A DNA stretch of 38,564 bases from a bacterium. Lineage in GTDB: Bacteria > Eisenbacteria > RBG-16-71-46. The first letter of the stretch is position 1; each line of letters opens with the position of its first letter. Made by a program: the position numbers and the translations under genes. The notes beneath the pieces were generated by a model. The model was not told where the DNA came from. It was given only the letters and a program-made list of their open reading frames with translations, and made no database searches. The DNA lies in assembly GCA_043779265.1 (NCBI GenBank), contig JAYWEM010000106.1:1-38564 (forward strand), written 5' to 3'. Of the stretch, positions 1-9,023 are shown one piece after another.

Positions 1-1125
1 GCGGCGGCGGTGATCAACACGTCGGCGGACCGCAATGAACACACGATGACGGCGGCCGGCACCTGGACGGTCGTGTTGATGGACAACCTCATGAACGACA
101 CCGGCACCTACTCGCTCGGTTACCTCAACGTGACGGTCGGGCCGTTCACCGATGCCGGCGACTTGGACGGCGGGTCGATCGTGTCGAACGAGGTCCGCAG
201 CGGCAGCTCGAGCGGGCCGGGGGACTTCGACGGCTACCAGATCGTCGCGGCGGCGAACGACCGGTTGATCGTGACCGGCGTGGCGGTCGGCGGAGCGGGG
301 TACAACACGAACATCGTGCTCTACCCGCCGGGCGGTGGCGTGAGCACGGCGCAGACCTTCACCGGCGATCGCCTGGACTTCCAACTCACTGCGACCGGCA
401 CATGGACGATCGTGATCGAGGACAACGGCGTGGACACGCCGGGCAGCTTCAGCATCGGCGTGCTCAATGCGACCGGGGGGCCGCTCAACACGAACGGGGA
501 TGTCGGGTCGATCGTCGCCGGAACTCCGGTGACCGCAGCCATCGACCCGATCGCGGACATCGATGGATACGCGTTCTATGGAGTCAGCGGCGAGACCGCC
601 AACATCACGGCCACGACGCTGACGGGAACGCTGGATACGCGGATCCTGCTCTACCCGCCCAATGGCGGCGCTCCGTTGGTCAACACAACGGCGGACAACG
701 TCATCCAGCCGCTCTCGGTCACCGGCAACTACCGGATCGTCATCGAGGACAGCAACGATCTCAAGATCGGGACCTACCGGCTCACGCTCACGGGGGCGGG
801 CGGCACGGTCGACGTGCCGGAGACGCCCTTCGAGATCCCGGGCGGTCGCCGGGCGTTGCTGATGCCTGCAGCGCCGAGTCCATTCCGCGAGTCCACTCGC
901 CTGGCGTTCCATCTGCGCCGCGAGACGCGCGTGAGCCTGCGGGTCTTCGACACCAGTGGGGCACTGGTCCGCACGTTGGTGCAGGGTCCGCTCGCCGCGG
1001 GTCGACACGAGGCCGCATGGGACGGACGCGATCAGCGAGGCGGCGCGGTCGCCACCGGCGCCTACTACCTGCAGCTCGTCGCGGACGGCGAGACCTCCAA
1101 GCGGAAGCTCATCCGGATCCACTGA
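1..1125 (+). CDS. 5'-truncated secreted/surface protein with tandem PPC-like beta-sandwich repeats and a C-terminal FlgD Ig-like (T9SS-CTD-like) domain
   Basis: Frame open from base 1. Repeated units (D.DGY...I..T....LYPPGGG; TAAGTWTVV/TATGTWTIV/SVTGNYRIV). C-terminus PSPFRESTRLAF...VFDTSGALVRTL...WDGRDQRG..VATGAYYLQL is typical of FlgD_ig/secretion tail domains. Confidence 0.75.
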   Translation, partial: AAAVINTSADRNEHTMTAAGTWTVVLMDNLMNDTGTYSLGYLNVTVGPFTDAGDLDGGSIVSNEVRSGSSSGPGDFDGYQIVAAANDRLIVTGVAVGGAGYNTNIVLYPPGGGVSTAQTFTGDRLDFQLTATGTWTIVIEDNGVDTPGSFSIGVLNATGGPLNTNGDVGSIVAGTPVTAAIDPIADIDGYAFYGVSGETANITATTLTGTLDTRILLYPPNGGAPLVNTTADNVIQPLSVTGNYRIVIEDSNDLKIGTYRLTLTGAGGTVDVPETPFEIPGGRRALLMPAAPSPFRESTRLAFHLRRETRVSLRVFDTSGALVRTLVQGPLAAGRHEAAWDGRDQRGGAVATGAYYLQLVADGETSKRKLIRIH

Positions 1126-1215
1126 GAGAGGCGCAGGGGCACTGGGCGTGGCGCTCTGCCGCGCTCGTCGCTCGGGCGGCGACCCTCGCATGGCGTGCAC
1201 GCTACCGTGCACGCC

Positions 1216-2220
1216 ATGCGCACTCTCATCGCCCTGCTGACGCTGCTGCTCGCCGGAGCGCCCACCGCGGCTCTGGCCTCCGGACCCGTCGCCCCCTCTG
1301 CCGCACTCGCCAAGCTGCGAGCCGATGCCGATTCGCTTCGGCCACTCGTTCGATCGAGCCTGGCGCAGGGCTTCCTCTGGGCGACGGTGGGCCTAAGCCC
1401 CAAGTCGGCTCGCACGGTGTGGCGTGACTCCTCGCGCACGACGTGGTGGAACGATCGCGATGCGCGTGCGCTGCCGGACTCCGTTCTCTCCCGGCTCATC
1501 TCGCGCCCGCTCGACGAGACCTACTTCTGGAACACGCGCTACGGCTCGCCACTCGCCTATGCGCGGGCGCTCGAGGTTGCCGCTGCCCACGGCTTCACGA
1601 CGTTCGTGGACAAGCGAGTCGCCGATTTCGGCTGCGGCATGGTGGGGCAGCTTCAGCTGATGGCCTCGCTCGGAGCGGATGCGGTGGGGATCGACGTCGA
1701 TGCCTCGCTGCGCGCGCTCTACAGCGAGCCCGGTGATCTGGGCAAGATGGGCCGCGGGCGTGTGCGATTGGCGATCGGGCAGTGGCCGGCCGATGAATCC
1801 GTGCGGAGCGAGGTGGGCGAGGGCCTCGACCTGTTCCTCTCCAAGAACACGCTCAAGAATGGCTACCTGCATCCGGCAGAACCGGTCGAGCCGCGCATGC
1901 GGGTGCACCTCGGCGTCAGCGACAGCGCGTTCGTCGCGCAACTCGCTCGCAGCGTCAGGCGAGGCGGGCTGGTCGTGATCTACAACCTGTCGCCCGCGCC
2001 CGCGCCGCCCGGCAAGCCCTACATCCCGTGGGCCGACGGCCGCTGCCCGTTCCCGCGCGAGATGTGGGAGGCGAGTGGCTTCGAGGTGCTCACGTTCGAT
2101 GAGGACGATGGCCCGGCGGCCCGCGCCATGGGCCATGCACTCGGCTGGGATGCGGGCGAGTCGGGCATGAAGCTCGAGACCGACCTCTTCGCGCTCACGA
2201 GTGTGTTCCGACGGCGCTGA
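1216..2220 (+). CDS. Signal-peptide-bearing protein with a class I SAM-methyltransferase-like fold
   Basis: ATG at 1216 begins the signal peptide MRTLIALLTLLLAGAPTAALA. Motif I-like VADFGCG and motif II-like AVGIDVD. Confidence 0.55.
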   Translation: MRTLIALLTLLLAGAPTAALASGPVAPSAALAKLRADADSLRPLVRSSLAQGFLWATVGLSPKSARTVWRDSSRTTWWNDRDARALPDSVLSRLISRPLDETYFWNTRYGSPLAYARALEVAAAHGFTTFVDKRVADFGCGMVGQLQLMASLGADAVGIDVDASLRALYSEPGDLGKMGRGRVRLAIGQWPADESVRSEVGEGLDLFLSKNTLKNGYLHPAEPVEPRMRVHLGVSDSAFVAQLARSVRRGGLVVIYNLSPAPAPPGKPYIPWADGRCPFPREMWEASGFEVLTFDEDDGPAARAMGHALGWDAGESGMKLETDLFALTSVFRRR

Positions 2221-2241
2221 GCCTCGTCGGTTGCGCCTCGT

Positions 2242-3123
2242 TCACTTCCGAGGTGGCGCGCCCGGCATCACCATGTGCAGCGCCAGTTCCCAGCGCCTGG
2301 TCTCGCCCTGGCGCCAGATGTTCACGTACCAGCTCGAGTCGACTCCGGCCTCGCTCGTGGTGACGAACGAGCCGTAAGTGTAGCCGAGGTCACCGGACTC
2401 CGAGATGAACTGCGCGTTCGACATCATACGCGGCGTCTCGGCTCTCGCGGCGAGTGAGTCGTGCGCCGCGAGGATGCCGGCGACCCGTGGCATGCCGGGG
2501 CGCAGCAGGATCAATCGCTCGGCCCCGTGCTGACGCACGGCGTCGGCGGTGCTGCCGGCGGCCGCGCTCTTGGCGAGCTCGTCATCGGCCCGCCAGAGGG
2601 ATTCGCGGCGAGCGAGCGGCCCGGCACCGGTGCGGGCTCTCGGCGGCAGTGTGCTCAGGGTCGGCTCGACCGAGCGCTCGATCCGCTCATGCGAGATGCC
2701 GCCATCGATCACCACGAGCCAGTGGCCGGTCGTGTCGCGCCGCCACACGCTCACGCACTCGCCTCGCGCGTCGATCGTGCTCTGCGTGCTGTCGCTCTTG
2801 AACGTCCACGGCCCGGTGGTCCAGCCGAGATCTCCGCTCGCGCTGATCTCGGCATGCCATGGCTCCCACGCGAGCAGCACGGCCGAGGCGGGAGCGGCTT
2901 CGAACCACGCCCTGCCGAGTAGCGGCCCCGGGCGGAAAAGGATCGCACGCGCGGCCAGGTGGTCGAGGAATGCAGCGCGCATGCCCGAGGCGGCCGCGGC
3001 GCGCGCGAAGGCTCGTTCGTGCTCGACCAGCACCTGCGCCGAGTGCGACGGCGCCTGCGCCGAAGTGGGGCAAGCGGCGAGCAGGCCGCACAGCAGCGCT
3101 GCGAGTGCATGCATCCGGGTCAT
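2242..3123 (-). CDS. Exported protein with two NTF2-like/DUF4440 (ketosteroid isomerase-like) domains
   Basis: Signal peptide ending TSA-QAP. Duplicated motifs ISASGDLGWTTG / ISESGDLGYTYG and VSVWRR / VNIWRQ. Confidence 0.7.
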   Translation of the reverse strand: MTRMHALAALLCGLLAACPTSAQAPSHSAQVLVEHERAFARAAAASGMRAAFLDHLAARAILFRPGPLLGRAWFEAAPASAVLLAWEPWHAEISASGDLGWTTGPWTFKSDSTQSTIDARGECVSVWRRDTTGHWLVVIDGGISHERIERSVEPTLSTLPPRARTGAGPLARRESLWRADDELAKSAAAGSTADAVRQHGAERLILLRPGMPRVAGILAAHDSLAARAETPRMMSNAQFISESGDLGYTYGSFVTTSEAGVDSSWYVNIWRQGETRRWELALHMVMPGAPPRK

Positions 3124-3357
3124 CAAGGGCTCCACCGGTCGAAGGGACGGGGTCGGCGGCCGATCGACTGCGGGCGGTCGTCCATCGGAGAGAGCATCAC
3201 GTCTCTATAGACGGCATCCGGGCCGCCCGTTCGCATCCGCTGACGAGCGCGGGCGCTGGCGGTTCGGATGCGGAATCAGGAATGCCGCATTCCATGTGCA
3301 GAACGCAACGGGGCTATTGCATCGTTGATGCAGGTGGCCAGTAGCGGCAGGAACTCC

Positions 3358-3385
3358 TCAAGTCCCCGGCACTTCCAGCCGAGAA
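3358..3385 (+). promoter_or_regulatory. Candidate sigma28 (FliA/WhiG-type) promoter upstream of the hybrid kinase
   Basis: TCAAG-N15-GCCGAGAA against consensus TAAA/TCAAG-N15-GCCGATAA, 50 bp before the ATG at 3435. Confidence 0.4.
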
Positions 3386-3434
3386 CTTGCGAGGCCATCG
3401 GTCCCCTGGTCTCTCTCGCCCCCCCCCGAGGAAC

Positions 3435-5762
3435 ATGCTCCGCTCCATCGTGCGTTACCTGCAGAGGAACCGCCCACGTCTGGTGGAGGCGGTCGCGACC
3501 CCGCTTCGACGTGCGCTGGGGGAGTCGGTGGCGCTGGCCGAAAGCGAGGCGCTGCTGCACGCGCTGCGGCAGGCGTTCCGAACGGGTCGCTCCGACGGCT
3601 TCCTCGATGAGCTCAAGCAGGCCTCCGCACGCTGGAGCGCGCGCGGCGTCGACCAGGTCGAGTGCATCGAGGCGATGCTGGAACTGGTGCGCGGAACCCC
3701 CTCGGGCACGAGCGGAGTCGATGTGACCGCCATCTCCAGTGTTCTCGATGCGATCCCGGGGCCAGTGGCCCACCTCGATACGCGCGGCAGGGTCGTGGTC
3801 GCGAATCGTGCGTTCACTCGCGTCACGGGCGAGTACGATCAGGCGCTTCCGGGCACGCCCATCCAGGATCTGCTGACGCCGGAGTCGAATGAAGTCGTGA
3901 GTGCGATCCTCGCGCCGGAGGTCGTCGCCAAGGGGATGCTGCCCCTGGGCCACGTGCGGCTGTCCTGCGACCCGGAATCCGAATGGCTCGCCGTGGCCAT
4001 CCCGTTCGCGATCACCGGCCGCGCCGAGGGCTCGCTGCTGGCGCTCTCCAATGACCTGTCGGCCCTTGGCACCGAGGCGAGCATCGCTTCGCTGTTGGCG
4101 CGAGAGAAGCGGCAGAGCGAGAAGTTCGCCGCGCTCCTCACCGTCAGCCATGCGGTCGCCAACTCACTCGAGCTCGACACCATCCTCATGACCATCGCCA
4201 AGCTCGTTCGTCAGGTGATCCAGACGGATGAGTGCACGGTGTTCCTTTTCGATGAAAAGGAGCAGTTGCTGCGTCCCGTCGTGTGTGACGCGCAGTCATT
4301 CGTCAGCGAGATGATGGCGGTTCGGCTCAAACTCGGCGAGGGCATCACCGGCATGGTGGCGCAGACCGGCCGCGGCGAGATCGTCCACGACGCCGAAGCG
4401 GACCCGCGCGCCGTCACCGTTCCCGGCACGCCGGCCGAGCAGACGGCGCTCCTCTGCGTGCCGCTGCTCTCGCGCGACCAGGTGATGGGCGTCATCACGC
4501 TCACACGCATCGGCGATCGCAGCTTCCACGACGAGGATCTCGAGCTGGCGACGCTGTTCGCCGGGCAGTGCGCTTCGGCGATCGCCAACGCGAGGCTGTT
4601 CGAGGACATGAAGACCGCCTACGACCAGCTCAACTCGACGCAGTCGCAGCTGGTGCAGTCGGCCAAGCTGAATGCACTGGGCGAGATGGCCGGCGGTGTC
4701 GCACACGACTTCAACAACATCCTCGCGGCCATCCTCGGACGCACGCAGTTGCTCGCGAGTCAGCTCGCCGACCCGGACGTGCGCCGCCAGCTGGCGGTGA
4801 TCGAGCAGGCGGCGATCGATGGTGCGCAGACCGTGCGGCGAGTGCAGGAGTTCACGCGCGTTCGCGCCGATGAGCGCTTCAAGACGCTCGACCTCAATCA
4901 GGTGCTGCTGGATGTGATCGAACTGACGCGGCCGGCGTGGGAGGCGAGTGCCAAGCGTCGCGGGATCGTCATCGATGTGCATCTCGAACTGACGGCCTCG
5001 CGTCTGATCGCCGGCAACGACTCCGAACTGCGCGAGGTGTTCACGAATCTCATGCTGAACGCGGTCGACGCCATGCCGCGCGGTGGCGACCTGTGGGTGG
5101 CCTCCGAGAACGGCAGCGAGGTCGTGCGGGTGCAGGTTCGCGATTCGGGCAGCGGCATGGACCCCGAGACCCGCTCGCGCATCTTCGATCCGTTCTTCAC
5201 CACCAAGGATGTCAAGGGCACCGGCCTCGGGCTCTCGGTCGCCTACGGCATCGTGTCGCGGCATCGTGGTCACATCGGCGTGGAGAGCGAGTTGGGTGTG
5301 GGAACGGTGTTCACGCTTGACTTCCCGATCGGCGAGGTGGATCAGGAGTTCGGTCCGCCCGAGCAGGTCGGGCCGATTCCGTCACAGCGCGTGCTGGTGG
5401 TGGATGACGAACCCTCCGTGCTGCACGTGCTCGTCGATCTGCTCACGGCCATGGGGCACGAGGTGACGCCGGCGTTGGGCGGCCCCGCCGGACTCGAAGC
5501 GCTCTCGCGGCAGTCCTTCGACGTCGTGTTCTCCGACCTCGGCATGCCCGAAGTGAACGGCTGGGACCTCGCGGCCTCGTGCAAGCGCATGCACCCGAGG
5601 TGCGCGGTCGTCCTCGTCACGGGCTGGGGCTTCCAGCTCGAAGAGGACGCCGCGGTCTCTCGCGGCATCGACCGCGTCCTGCCCAAGCCGTTCTCGTGGG
5701 AGGACGTCGAGGGGGCACTGCGGCAGGTGACGAGCGGCACGCCGGGGATGCGCGCCGCCTGA
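3435..5762 (+). CDS. Cytoplasmic hybrid sensor histidine kinase (N-terminal helical domain-PAS-GAF-HisKA-HATPase-REC)
   Basis: GAGG RBS before ATG 3435. H-box GVAHDFNNIL, N-box NLMLNAVDAM, FDPFFTTK, GTGLGL; receiver VLVVDDE...FSDLGMP...PKPF; GAF LGEGITGMVA...LLCVPL. Confidence 0.93.
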   Translation: MLRSIVRYLQRNRPRLVEAVATPLRRALGESVALAESEALLHALRQAFRTGRSDGFLDELKQASARWSARGVDQVECIEAMLELVRGTPSGTSGVDVTAISSVLDAIPGPVAHLDTRGRVVVANRAFTRVTGEYDQALPGTPIQDLLTPESNEVVSAILAPEVVAKGMLPLGHVRLSCDPESEWLAVAIPFAITGRAEGSLLALSNDLSALGTEASIASLLAREKRQSEKFAALLTVSHAVANSLELDTILMTIAKLVRQVIQTDECTVFLFDEKEQLLRPVVCDAQSFVSEMMAVRLKLGEGITGMVAQTGRGEIVHDAEADPRAVTVPGTPAEQTALLCVPLLSRDQVMGVITLTRIGDRSFHDEDLELATLFAGQCASAIANARLFEDMKTAYDQLNSTQSQLVQSAKLNALGEMAGGVAHDFNNILAAILGRTQLLASQLADPDVRRQLAVIEQAAIDGAQTVRRVQEFTRVRADERFKTLDLNQVLLDVIELTRPAWEASAKRRGIVIDVHLELTASRLIAGNDSELREVFTNLMLNAVDAMPRGGDLWVASENGSEVVRVQVRDSGSGMDPETRSRIFDPFFTTKDVKGTGLGLSVAYGIVSRHRGHIGVESELGVGTVFTLDFPIGEVDQEFGPPEQVGPIPSQRVLVVDDEPSVLHVLVDLLTAMGHEVTPALGGPAGLEALSRQSFDVVFSDLGMPEVNGWDLAASCKRMHPRCAVVLVTGWGFQLEEDAAVSRGIDRVLPKPFSWEDVEGALRQVTSGTPGMRAA

Positions 5763-5763
5763 A

Positions 5764-6384
5764 TCAGGGCTCAGCCGTCGCGATGTAGCGCATGAGTTGG
5801 TGCGCCTCGTCGTTGGGCAGCCCCAGGCCGAGCAGAGCGACACGGGCGATGCCCTCGGGACTGATCAGCACCCAGCCCGGAATCGGCGTGCGCGTCACCT
5901 CTTCCCACAGCCCGTAGAGCGCGGTGACCTCGGCCGTCGGATCGGCCAACGCCAGCAGCGGGCTCTGGTCGGTGCCGCGGTAGCGCCTGATCGTCTGCGC
6001 CTTCTCGACCCAAACGGCCACCAGATGGATCTTCTCGGCGGCGAGCAGCGAGGCGAGCGAGTCGAGGCTGGCGATGGACTCACGTCGGCCAGCAAAGACG
6101 AGTGCGACCCAGCCGCCTCGCATCGCGGACAACTTGTGGCCGACGCCATTGCCATCCTCGAGCGTGAAGTCGGGGACGCGCTCACCGATCGCGAGATGGG
6201 CGACGCTACTGCCGCGAGAGGCGGGCGAGGACGCCCGGTTGGCATCCTTGGGGGTCACGGCCGGGCCCGCACGCTTGGCGCCGATCTGGGCGAAGGACGG
6301 GCTCACCGAGAGGATCGCGGCGAGCACGGCGAGCCACATCCAGAGCACTGCGGCGGGCAGCGGGGACGAGAGCCTGTGCAGCAT
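5764..6384 (-). CDS. Exported redoxin/AhpC-TSA-fold protein lacking all cysteines
   Basis: GAGGAGG RBS and signal peptide. IGERVPDFTLEDGNG..HKLSAMRG.WVALVF, LADPTAEVTALYG and WVLISPEG match the redoxin scaffold. Confidence 0.7.
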   Translation of the reverse strand: MLHRLSSPLPAAVLWMWLAVLAAILSVSPSFAQIGAKRAGPAVTPKDANRASSPASRGSSVAHLAIGERVPDFTLEDGNGVGHKLSAMRGGWVALVFAGRRESIASLDSLASLLAAEKIHLVAVWVEKAQTIRRYRGTDQSPLLALADPTAEVTALYGLWEEVTRTPIPGWVLISPEGIARVALLGLGLPNDEAHQLMRYIATAEP

Positions 6385-6475
6385 GACGGCACCTCCTCAA
6401 TGAGCCGGGCCCTTGCGGGCCCCGCACCGTGGGGCGCGTCGACTCTCTTCCTCGGGGGGAGTGAGGCGGCGTCCC

Positions 6476-7477
6476 CTAACTTTTCGCCGGTGCCGCGGCC
6501 ACGGCGTCGCGCAGCGCGCGGAGGTTGCCCTCCGGCGTGCGTGGCGACATGGAGCAGCCCGGCGCCACCATCCATCGTCGCCCACCGGTCTCGGTGAGCG
6601 AGCGACGGTATCGATCCAGCACTCGCGTCGGCTCGGCATCCTGGAGCGAACCCTCATGGTCGATGCCACCCATGGCGGCTCCCTTCAGTCGTGCCAGCCC
6701 CTCGGCGAGTGAGGGGTTGTCCGGTGATGAGGAATCCCAGGAGAAGGCTCCGACCGGATAGTCGGCGAATTCGAACAGCAGCGCATCACCCTTGCACACG
6801 TGCACCGTGTGGAACGGTGAGTCACCGGCCGCCTCGAGCAGGCGGAGGTCGTATGGCCGTGACCACCGATCCAGCGAGTCCCGATCCATGAACGACCGGC
6901 TTCCCCAGTCCACCGTGCCGAGATAGATGCCGTCGGCGCCGGCCTCGCGATAGGCTCGCACGACCCGCTCGAACGTGCGCGTCACCGCTTCGAGCGCATG
7001 ACGGACGAGTTCGGGATGCGTCTTCAACTGATCGCGCAGAGCGGTCGGCGGTTCGGTCAACTCGGCGAGGATCGCGAGTGGCGTGAACACGGTCTGCAGC
7101 AGCGGGACCTCGCGCGGCAGCCTCGCACGCAGCAGACGAACCGCCTCGATCTGCTCGCCGAGTGCGCCTTCGTCGTGCGCCACTTCGTCGATCCGCTTCC
7201 AATCCTCGGGCGCGTGCACCGGATGGGCCGCGAGTCGCGGCTTCTCGCCGGGCACACCCGGGTAGTCGTAGCGCACACCCCAGGGCTCGACGTGATAGTG
7301 CTTGCGCGGGTTCAGCTTGACCCAGTCCCAGCCGAAGCGCTCCCAGCGCTCCATCGTGTGATCGACCAGTTCGGCCGCAGTCGACTCGCGGTGGTACACG
7401 TGCCCCCAGAAGCTCACGGGGGGACGATCCACCTCCTCGCCGCGAAGCGCGGCCAGCACCCGGTCCCGGCTCGTCAT
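6476..7477 (-). CDS. Uroporphyrinogen decarboxylase (URO-D)-family protein, probably not true HemE
   Basis: MTSRDRVLAALRGEEVDRPPVS start, AGADGI, HVCKG and VAPGCS motifs of URO-D-like proteins. The RQAGR motif of HemE is absent. Confidence 0.8.
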   Translation of the reverse strand: MTSRDRVLAALRGEEVDRPPVSFWGHVYHRESTAAELVDHTMERWERFGWDWVKLNPRKHYHVEPWGVRYDYPGVPGEKPRLAAHPVHAPEDWKRIDEVAHDEGALGEQIEAVRLLRARLPREVPLLQTVFTPLAILAELTEPPTALRDQLKTHPELVRHALEAVTRTFERVVRAYREAGADGIYLGTVDWGSRSFMDRDSLDRWSRPYDLRLLEAAGDSPFHTVHVCKGDALLFEFADYPVGAFSWDSSSPDNPSLAEGLARLKGAAMGGIDHEGSLQDAEPTRVLDRYRRSLTETGGRRWMVAPGCSMSPRTPEGNLRALRDAVAAAPAKS

Positions 7478-7544
7478 GTCAGAAGGCTGCGCCCCGATGA
7501 GGCGGGGGTCAAGCGTGGAAGCGCCCTGCGAGTAAGATGTTCGG

Positions 7545-8114
7545 ATGCATCGGCTTCAGGGCGCCGCCCTGCTCTCACTGCTCGTGCTGTCGGGATGCAC
7601 ACCGTCGCAGGAGCGCGGTTCGCATCGGGCTTCGCCCACCGAGCTGCCGCTCGAGATGCTCGCGGACTCCGCTGCCATGCTCAGCATGCCGGCGGCGCCG
7701 TGGCCGTATGAGCCCCGCGTCCGCGCGACGATCGAGCACCTGGCCCCGTCTCGCTCGGCGCTCGATCCGGCTTCGCCCGATGCTCCGCCACTTCCGCCCG
7801 GCGTCGGCGTCCAGGAGGAGCGAGGCGGGGGCTTCGAGTTCGACGACGACCTCCACCCGCCGATCCCGAAGGGCGCGGCGCCGTTCGTCGTGACCGGACG
7901 CAGCGGCGGCTGGGTCGCGCTCGATGTGCGAGTGGGCGAACAGGGCGAGGTCACCGATGCCGAGTGGCATGACTCCTCGTCAGCGGACTCGGTGCAGGTG
8001 GCGGCCGCCATCATCGCGGCGTTCTCGATGCGGTTCCATCCCGCCATCCAGCGCGGCCGAGCGGTGGCCGTGTGGGCGAGACAGCGATTCGAGATCGCTC
8101 CGACTCGTCGCTGA
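7545..8114 (+). CDS. Lipoprotein with a C-terminal TonB-like domain
   Basis: Lipobox LVLSG-C and Pro-rich linker. G.VALDVRVGEQGEV....AAIIAAFSMRFHPAIQRGRAVAVW...F matches TonB_C. Confidence 0.7.
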   Translation: MHRLQGAALLSLLVLSGCTPSQERGSHRASPTELPLEMLADSAAMLSMPAAPWPYEPRVRATIEHLAPSRSALDPASPDAPPLPPGVGVQEERGGGFEFDDDLHPPIPKGAAPFVVTGRSGGWVALDVRVGEQGEVTDAEWHDSSSADSVQVAAAIIAAFSMRFHPAIQRGRAVAVWARQRFEIAPTRR

Positions 8115-9023
8115 TCAGTCCGCGGCGGCGCGCTTGAGGACCCGCCTCGTACGCGTGATGTCGAATCCCTCGCTGCGATAGAGCGAGAGCGCCCGCTCGT
8201 TCTCGCCATCGACGATCAGCGTGACCGGCGCCTGCGAGTTCGCCTCGAGCCACGCGACGCCCCAGCGCAGCAGCGCTCGCCCCAGTCCGATGCCGCGCGC
8301 CGCGCGTGTGGTGCCGAGCACGCCGATCTCACCTCGCGCCGGGTAGAGCTCGCAGCGGCAGAAGCCGACCGGCTCGCTCCCTCGGTAGGCCACCGCCAGG
8401 CCGTCGGCCGGGAACTCGGGCGACGAGACGATGCGGCGCGCGTCGTCGATCGTCGATGCGACGTAGCGCCAATGGTCGATGAACGAACCGTTGTGCGAGT
8501 CGTTCCAGTCTCGGATCATCTCCTCGCTGCGATCGAAGACGCGAAGCGTGATGCCATCCGGCCACGTCGGCTCGGGGACGGCGCCGCGCGGGCGCTCCAT
8601 CATCCAGAACCACCGTTCGTGCTCGAACGAGAGCGACGATGCGAAGGCCTCGCCCTCGTCGGAGGGCAGCCACAGGCTGCCCATCTTCTCCATCTTGCCG
8701 CGCGAAGCGACGGTCGAGAGCACGCTGTTCACGATCGCCGTCCCGATGCCGCGCCGACGGTGGCTCGGGTGGACCGCCACGCGCATCATCGCCCATGGGG
8801 CCTCGCCGCTGCCGAGGAGCCAGCTGAACCCGAAGCCCACCAGCGTCTCGCCGTCGAAGGCGAGTCGGATCGTGTCCGAGGGCAGGTGCGAGTCGGCCAG
8901 CTTGTGCTCGAGCCCGTTGGCCCCGAGGAAGACCTCGAACTGAGGCGCGATGGAGGGCTCGGCGAGCAGGGCGCGCCAAGCTTCGAGGTGAGACGATTCG
9001 TAGGGGCGCAGGTCGATGGGCAT
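8115..9023 (-). CDS. Tandem GNAT-family N-acetyltransferase (MshD-like architecture)
   Basis: Two acetyl-CoA motifs: VHPSHRRRGIG and ARGIGLGRALL...NERALSLYRSEGF. Confidence 0.85.
   Translation of the reverse strand: MPIDLRPYESSHLEAWRALLAEPSIAPQFEVFLGANGLEHKLADSHLPSDTIRLAFDGETLVGFGFSWLLGSGEAPWAMMRVAVHPSHRRRGIGTAIVNSVLSTVASRGKMEKMGSLWLPSDEGEAFASSLSFEHERWFWMMERPRGAVPEPTWPDGITLRVFDRSEEMIRDWNDSHNGSFIDHWRYVASTIDDARRIVSSPEFPADGLAVAYRGSEPVGFCRCELYPARGEIGVLGTTRAARGIGLGRALLRWGVAWLEANSQAPVTLIVDGENERALSLYRSEGFDITRTRRVLKRAAAD

Noticed and set aside
6385..6475. Small hairpins (GGGCCC-GCAA-GGGCCC on the minus strand) upstream of the redoxin RBS
   Set aside because: Short GC stems occur readily by chance at this GC content; no U-tract or recognisable motif.
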